This document shows positions 57,864 through 64,000 of a DNA stretch of 64,000 nucleotides, in pieces (positions within the stretch are counted from its first letter, which is position 1; each line of letters opens with the position of its first letter). The stretch lies in NCBI GenBank assembly GCA_001179505.1, contig CDMY01000297.1, forward strand, positions 62,001 to 126,000, read 5' to 3'. A program made the translations under genes and the position numbers. The notes under the pieces are model-generated. The model was not told where the DNA came from. It was given only the letters and a program-made list of their open reading frames with translations, and searched no databases. Source of the stretch: Vitrella brassicaformis CCMP3155. Lineage: Eukaryota; Protista; Chromerida.

Positions 57864-60800
57864 TCAAACAAACTGCACGTGCCACACTGCCTCATGAACA
57901 GGACAGAACACTGCAGGCAATGTGATCGAATCAGATAAATTTCTCAGTTCACAAATAACCAGGCCGGATTGTCGAGCGCCCTGTGAAAGCCGAGAAAGTG
58001 AGAGACAGGCACATACCTGTGCACATACAACATGGACACCAAGCATGCAAGACATACCTGGCAAGCCACTCCCCCGGCCCAGGGGAAGTACACAAGCCAG
58101 GCGGCCCCAAGGGGTCGCATGACACGACACCATCGAACGTCCCTGCCTGGTTTTCGCAGGGCTGCTAACCGTTTCCGTGTTCATGGAGACGCGATGAATG
58201 AATGAATTAAGTCACGGACATGTGTGTGAATGTGCGCGTGTTCATTGGCGCCAAATCGAAAACGCGTACGTTACCATGCACGATGGATGGCGAGTCATGT
58301 GACTTGAATTGCATGTGGACACTCACAACAAAACCATCGACGGACCCAACAACATGAAGCGATGCAATGCTGTCTATCAATTGACGCGATCTGTCTGCCA
58401 ATTGGATACAGCCTGCCCACGCGCCTCATAGTGGAGCAACAGCATGAACGGCGGGCAGGGACGATTGCCCTCTCATCAGCGTCAGCACGACGCTTCCGTC
58501 CCCTTACAGGCGCAAAAAGTCACGAAAGAATGCACGAATAGACAAATAGGCCGGCCGTCATTGCACGTCATACGTGCAAGCGTCACACCGACAACGGACG
58601 AAGAGACCTGGAAATGAAGCAGGCAGGCAGAAATGACCACACACAGAATAACACTGGAGCTGGCAGCCGATCTCTTCTGACCTGCAGCACACGGGACGCG
58701 CGGCTGAATGTAGAAATGCCGACAAGTTGAGTGCCGCGATCGGAGGCCCGCAAACAATGCCGAGCTCACGGACGATGTCCGTCGGTTGCCCCATGAATGT
58801 TTGGCTGCAAAGAGCGGCTAACCACGGAAGGGATAGGCCTCTTCTGCACGAAAACACAATCAGAACACACAGACAGCAACAAGCCATTGGTGTCCTTGCA
58901 TCCTCTGTCTTCCGTCCTGCGTACCGCAAATTACGAGCACGGGGCAGTCTTGAAACAGACGAATACGATTTTCCACGCCGTCTCGAGTGAAATTGACACT
59001 GATAGTTAACGGAACACTTCGAACAACGAAGCCGCCGCGCCCTTGGGTCTCGTTTCTAAGGCGCTCGATCTGGTCAGGGAAGCAGTCTAGGGCTCCCTCC
59101 TTGAATTCGCCGGAGACCTGGAGGGGGGAAACCTCTGTCACATTGAAGCTTTCCTTCAGTTCGCTTTCGGTGGGCGCAATGCGGGCGATAGTACTGAAGG
59201 GCAAAGAGACCAAACAGCAAGACAGTGACGAACAGGAATGCCAACGGAGTGCTGCTTGGTTGATTTGCATGTCACCTGAGGTCGATGCCGTCGATCGTTG
59301 TCAGGGCCATGATGTTTTGGGTCTCGCCGTCAGGTGGTGGTGGGGGGGTGGCGGACAGATCGACGGTATCAACGACGATGGGCTCATGGGAAAGGCACTG
59401 AATCTGAACTGGCGGGGCTGGGAGAAAGAGACGAGACAGACACGCGTATATCAAAAGTCAGACCCCGTAGATGTCTCCGGTTCAACTCACATTGTTCAGT
59501 CCCGATGCCGCACACCTCTCTCAAGGGCCCCGTTATTACAGATACCCATTGCGATAAGTCCTGTCCCTCACTGAACCAGGACATTCTGAAGAAGCTCCAG
59601 AGATCTGTCACGTTGTCATTATCTGAGTCCCGGACCTGAACATCAAATGCATCAGAGGACGGACATGAGCATGAAAGCTGGTCTTTGTTGGTATGTCTAC
59701 CTATGCCCACCTGCAGCGCAGGGACGGAGAATACGGTTTGTTGACGGCTCGAATTCGTCTTCGGATCATACTCACTTGAGTTGAAAGTCCCATTGGTCTC
59801 GTGCGTGAACGTTTGGGTCACATTCAGGTAACACTCGTCGCTGGCATTGAGAACCGTGTACTGCATCTCTCCAATCGGCGCGCTTGAGGTGATCAGCACC
59901 TCCGGAAAAAGGACTCTTTTGCGACTTACACCAGGCCCCACACTCTCAATCACGGGGGCAAACGTCGTGGTCTTCTCTTTTCCTCGGCTGAGGGCCTGGT
60001 TTTCTGCTGGGTCGAAGGAGACGCCACCGACAAGTGTGCCTGCACATACAGCAAGCACACACGTATCAGGAGGGGAATCCATGACAGGCTGTTTTCTCCG
60101 TCCCTGGCTTATGTATGCACCCACCTTCGACGAACATCAGTGTGCCTTGGCAGTCTTCAGGCCACACCTGCTCCACCGTCCCTTTGATCTCCACATTTGC
60201 AAAGCCCACCTGCGGCTGATCGTTGCCCGAATAATTGACTGCTGCTATTCGACGATCCAGGCTCCCCACATCATAGCGAATCCTCACTTGGACATCAGCC
60301 CACTCTCCCTCGCAGCTGAAATAATACGTCGACTCGTCTGTGGGCGCGAATTTATCAGTAGGAGAAGTGTTAGTCTCTCGGTCGACTATTAGTTGGAGAC
60401 ACCATTGGTCGACAGGTGGTGGGTCGATGCCGTCTTCGAGAGCTGAGCTGTTGTACTTGAAATCCGTCATGCGGTATGTCGACGGCTGGGCTGTAGGCGG
60501 GGCAGACAGATTAGCAGCGGGGCATGCCTCAACTGAGACACAAACGACAGGAATGTACACAGCAGACAGGCGAGCTCTCTCTGCTTTCTCTTGCAGCTTA
60601 CAGCACTCAAATCCCATCATGCATTCTTCTTCCCAAATGACTTTGAACCCCTCTTCATCCTCATCAAATGCCGCTATCGTGTCATTGCACCGCATATCCG
60701 TGTCTTTTTTATTCACAAATTTTACGCTTGCCACGATGTTGTGGTCGCCTTCCTTGGCTTTTCCGTCATGTCGACATGAGAAGTTACTCAGTTGCTCTAT

Positions 60801-63241
60801 TTGTACGGCAACGCACGTATCCTCTCCGAGAACCCCCCCATTGGGCGCAAGAGCGACGGCCGTGATCTCGCCGACGAACTCCGGGTGCAGAAGCTCCTTA
60901 AGGAATTCCACGCGGCCAACCTGGTCAAAGCCGGAGGGGAATGTCTGCAGTCTTGGTCCTCGACAATTGGCCAACACTCAGAGACAGACAGACAGACAGA
61001 CAGACAGATGGAAGAGGAAAATATGTCGCATGTTAGTGCTTTTGCTCCATCTACCTTCTCTATCATCGATCAAAGGGCCTGAGAAAACGACAGACAACCA
61101 GATTGATCAAACGGCCTGACAGATCTCCTGATACTGAAGGGTACCTACCGAGCGAACCCTTCAGTATCAAGTCAAGCGACGTGCCCGTCTCCGTGTTCAA
61201 GAGCTCAAAAGACCGAAACGGCGCACTGGGATCAGTGCCGAAGGTACAAAGGACCGACACAGCAAGAGAGATGTTCTCAAACATGGGATCTGACACATTG
61301 CAATTGGATAAAGTGTCATTGAGTAGCTCCGGCGTAGCAAGCAAAAAGTCCCCGGTCAACACGCTGGCGAAGGACAGGTCTGGCGACTTGTCTCCTGGCT
61401 GAAAGACGGGAAAGTGAATCGTTGGAAGGGCCTCGCCGAGGAGCGCTTCTTGGAGGTCTTGACCTAGACGGAATCCCGACTCAAGCTCGCTCGACGCTAC
61501 GTTAGCAGGCGGGCGCTCTTCCCGATACTTGTTCGCAAGCTCGATGCAGATCTCACTGCACTCCCGAAACGCCTTTCGATTGTCTATGGCAAACTCGCTG
61601 GCCTCCAACGGGTTCTGAGACAGACACACAGACACCCACACATGTGCTTGTACCCTCGGCTGGTGCACGTACCCTCCGAGTGGTTTCGCTCATCGGGCCT
61701 CTCGCGTAGCCTGACGTGGCCATCGCGAGCCTGCCGCCTGCGTTCGTCCCCCCCGACGTCACGGTGAAGACACGCTCGTTGAGCAGAGCATCGCATTCAT
61801 CAGGCACGTCATCGGGGAACGTCATAACGCCGAGGCTGGTGTGGGCGGCAGGTGATAGTATGGCCACGGTCCTTGCAATGACGAGGTCGTCCTGCTCCTC
61901 GTTGCCGACGATGAGAATCCGCTGCGGCTCCTGGTAGTCAAATTGCTGGGCGATGAGAGACTCCGACTCGTCCACATAGCCCGTCAAAGTGACCTCGATC
62001 TGCGCCTCAATGCCCTCGCACGCCGGATTGCTGGACTTCTCCACAACCATGACTCCTTGGATCGTTGCAACGGCCGGTATTAGTACGTTGCCGGTGCGAT
62101 TAGAACACAGCCCGGTCTCGGGGCAGTCGAATTGGAGGGTCACGCTGACGCCCTCTGTCGTGTCGCACGAGAGGTCCAAGAAGAAGTCATCGAGCCCACT
62201 ATCATCATTCTTCTTGCCCTGGATCCTCATGCAGCTCGACACACCGGTGCCCACGTTCTTGATGGTATCGAGGTAGGCATTCGAGTGCACGTCTTCAAAC
62301 AGATAAGTGCCGGGCACCAGCTGGGCGAACGTCGACTCTTGCGGCACTGGAAACCGCTCGTTCGGCAGCCAACTCTGGTTTCTTGGGTCGGGCCCCATGT
62401 CTTCCCTTCTCTCGACGACAGGCAGGCTGTCCGCACAGTCGAAGGGCACAGCGAAGCGGTTGACGGCATTGAAGCACGGATCCAGCTCCGCCGGGAAACA
62501 CAGCGACGATGGCTTGCCGCTGACGACACCCTTGGTGAGCCTGACATCGCCTTGTGCCACCTCGGCCGCCTCACCGAACAGACCTCTGGTGTCTTCGATG
62601 CAGTAGCAGAAGCGCGAGTCGCTGGTCCGCGCACAAATAGGCTTGTTAGACGGGCAGCTGACAGACAGGCAGACAGACAGCATACCGACGTTGCCATCAC
62701 GACCAATCACGTGTGTGTACCTTCCGAGAGCTGCCGTTCCCAGGTCAGTGATGTTTGTGCGATTGACGCCGCTAGGCTCCCCGCACAAAATGGACTGATT
62801 CTCGCCCGACGCAGTCACGTCACCCGCCGTATCTGAGCTCCTGCTATTATTCAAGCCGTCATTGAGGGCGATTTCCTGTTGGATTTGTAGATAGACTTCG
62901 ACGTTCTCATTGTACAGGCACTGCCCGAAGTTGCCCCGCTCGGGGTGGTCGACGATGGGCAGCAGAGCATTGGGCTCGCATCTCGAAAGGGGCTCAGTTT
63001 GAAGGAATTCTGGCAACGAGTTGACGGCTGAAAACAAACCGGGAAGTCAACGGAAGAAGCGTGGCCTCACAACGTGTGTCCTCGAGTGCTCACGTGGCAG
63101 GCAGTTCTTGTTGGCTACAGCCACAGGTCCGAAGGTATTTCCCGAGAGGCAGGCAGTCGTGAACTGACCCACAGCACCTCTCCTCTCCCAGTGGGTAAGC
63201 ACGATGAGGAACAGGCACACGAGAAGCCACCCTGCCAGCAT
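57864..63241 (-). CDS. Large secreted/surface, acidic, Cys-rich protein of unknown function
   Basis: Signal MLAGWLLVCLFLIVLTHWERRGAVG. Splices in frame NKNCLP|PVNSLPEF into long exons (ORFs 61553-63037, 61063-61668, 60066-60977, 59384-60124, 58860-59270) with many N-x-S/T sequons. The 3' end is uncertain. Confidence 0.65.
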
Positions 63242-63513
63242 ACGATTCGCTCATTCATCTGGCCTCCTGTCTTGAAGCAAACACAAACCAATCTTAGCAA
63301 TCTGTTCTTGTCTGTCTCCTGATCCTTGCGTGTACCTGTGTTCTTCAATCTCATCGTCCATCGGGCCCGAAAAATTTACATCTGTACGGGAAGAGTTGCG
63401 AGCGTAAGTAAGGCCGCCGCCACCTCTGGCTTCACTGGATGATCGTCGGTTTGCGTTAGCGCCTGGCTGTACTCTGTGTGTGTGGATATTGCCGAGTGAA
63501 ACTGAGGCCGAAG

Positions 63514-63899
63514 ATGAGATTCCTGTGGTGTGCCTGCTTCTTTGTGGCTGTCGTGTTGACGAGTGCTGCACTCGGACAGGTGAGGGAGGGACGCAATCAC
63601 ACGTGCGGCACAGGCGTGAGCTGTGTGTTGTGCACATTGGCTCAGGAGGTGTCTGGCGGGACTGCGCTGCGGGGGGGAGTGAGTGGCCAGCAGACAAACG
63701 ACGTCCACCAAGGTCAGCCACACGCGCACGACGACGCACGAGCACTCTTCCGTCCATCTGTTCACACGATGCCATGCTGTGCGTTCCCTCGCCGTTCCTT
63801 CGTGCAGGCGACGACGCCCCTCTGCGCCGCCTTGTCTGCTGCAGCCAATGCACCACCTCCAGCTGCTTTGCCAACTGTACAGCCGGCTGCATCCAGTGA
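63514..63899 (+). CDS. 74-aa secreted prepro-peptide (conotoxin-like architecture; mature LVCCSQCTTSSCFANCTAGCIQ)
   Basis: Exons 63514-63579 (MRFLWCACFFVAVVLTSAALGQ), 63646-63712 (EVSGGTALRGGVSGQQTNDVHQ) and 63808-63899 (GDDAPLRR-LVCCSQCTTSSCFANCTAGCIQ*). GT-AG junctions; the phase-1 donor position is conserved in the 57.4-kb paralogue. Confidence 0.75.
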
Positions 63900-64000
63900 C
63901 ATCCCTTCCCCTCTTTCTCTCTCATGCTGCAGAGGCCACACACGATGACACGATGCGCATCTATGGCTTCAATCGAATGCTCCATCTCTCTCATCAATTG

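Noticed and set aside
57864-63241. Tectonic (TCTN) assignment for the large secreted protein
   Set aside because: The N-terminal C.CDL...CD.NCCCD.DC and the GNPGY motifs are not present.
1-64000. CRISPR arrays, rRNA or tRNA genes, LTR elements; also most long antisense ORFs in the six-frame track
   Set aside because: No spacer-repeat arrays, rRNA/tRNA signatures or LTR pairs were seen. Long antisense ORFs are expected in GC-rich coding DNA. The abundant (TG)n, (GGAT)n and (GACA)n tracts are ordinary intronic microsatellites.

Overview
Intron-rich, GC-rich eukaryotic genomic DNA. Introns are short GT-AG and full of (TG)n, (GGAT)n and (GACA)n repeats. The style and gene content suggest a chromerid alveolate such as Vitrella brassicaformis (inference only). 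I assembled about 20 spliced genes by hand, most in tight head-to-head pairs. In order: a GATA-type zinc-finger protein, a BCCT transporter, a GH10 xylanase, an orphan gene, an IQ-motif protein, a small secreted Cys-rich protein, RPS11, an ERD2-like receptor, a START-like protein, a secreted beta-sandwich protein, a family-16 methyltransferase, a kinase-ankyrin-CBM48 fusion, an SPX-MFS transporter, a CEP76/CC2D2A-like protein, an ankyrin protein fused to a possible toxin/lectin module, a secreted acidic protein, a plastid-targeted carotenoid cleavage dioxygenase, a large secreted Cys-rich protein and a small family of prepro-peptide genes. A 5'-truncated CRE-like non-LTR retrotransposon with a 15-bp target-site duplication is also present. 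Highlights: (1) a 3-exon gene (63514-63899) encoding a 74-aa conotoxin-like precursor (signal, pro-region, RR, 22-aa 6-Cys peptide), with diverged paralogues at 56.9-57.6 kb, one ending in a Gly-Arg amidation-type signal; (2) an active-looking kinase with about 18 ankyrin repeats and a glycogen/starch-binding CBM48; (3) a recurring GCGAGCTTAGC-like motif in divergent promoters. No rRNA, tRNA or CRISPR array was seen. All exon structures are manual predictions without transcript support.
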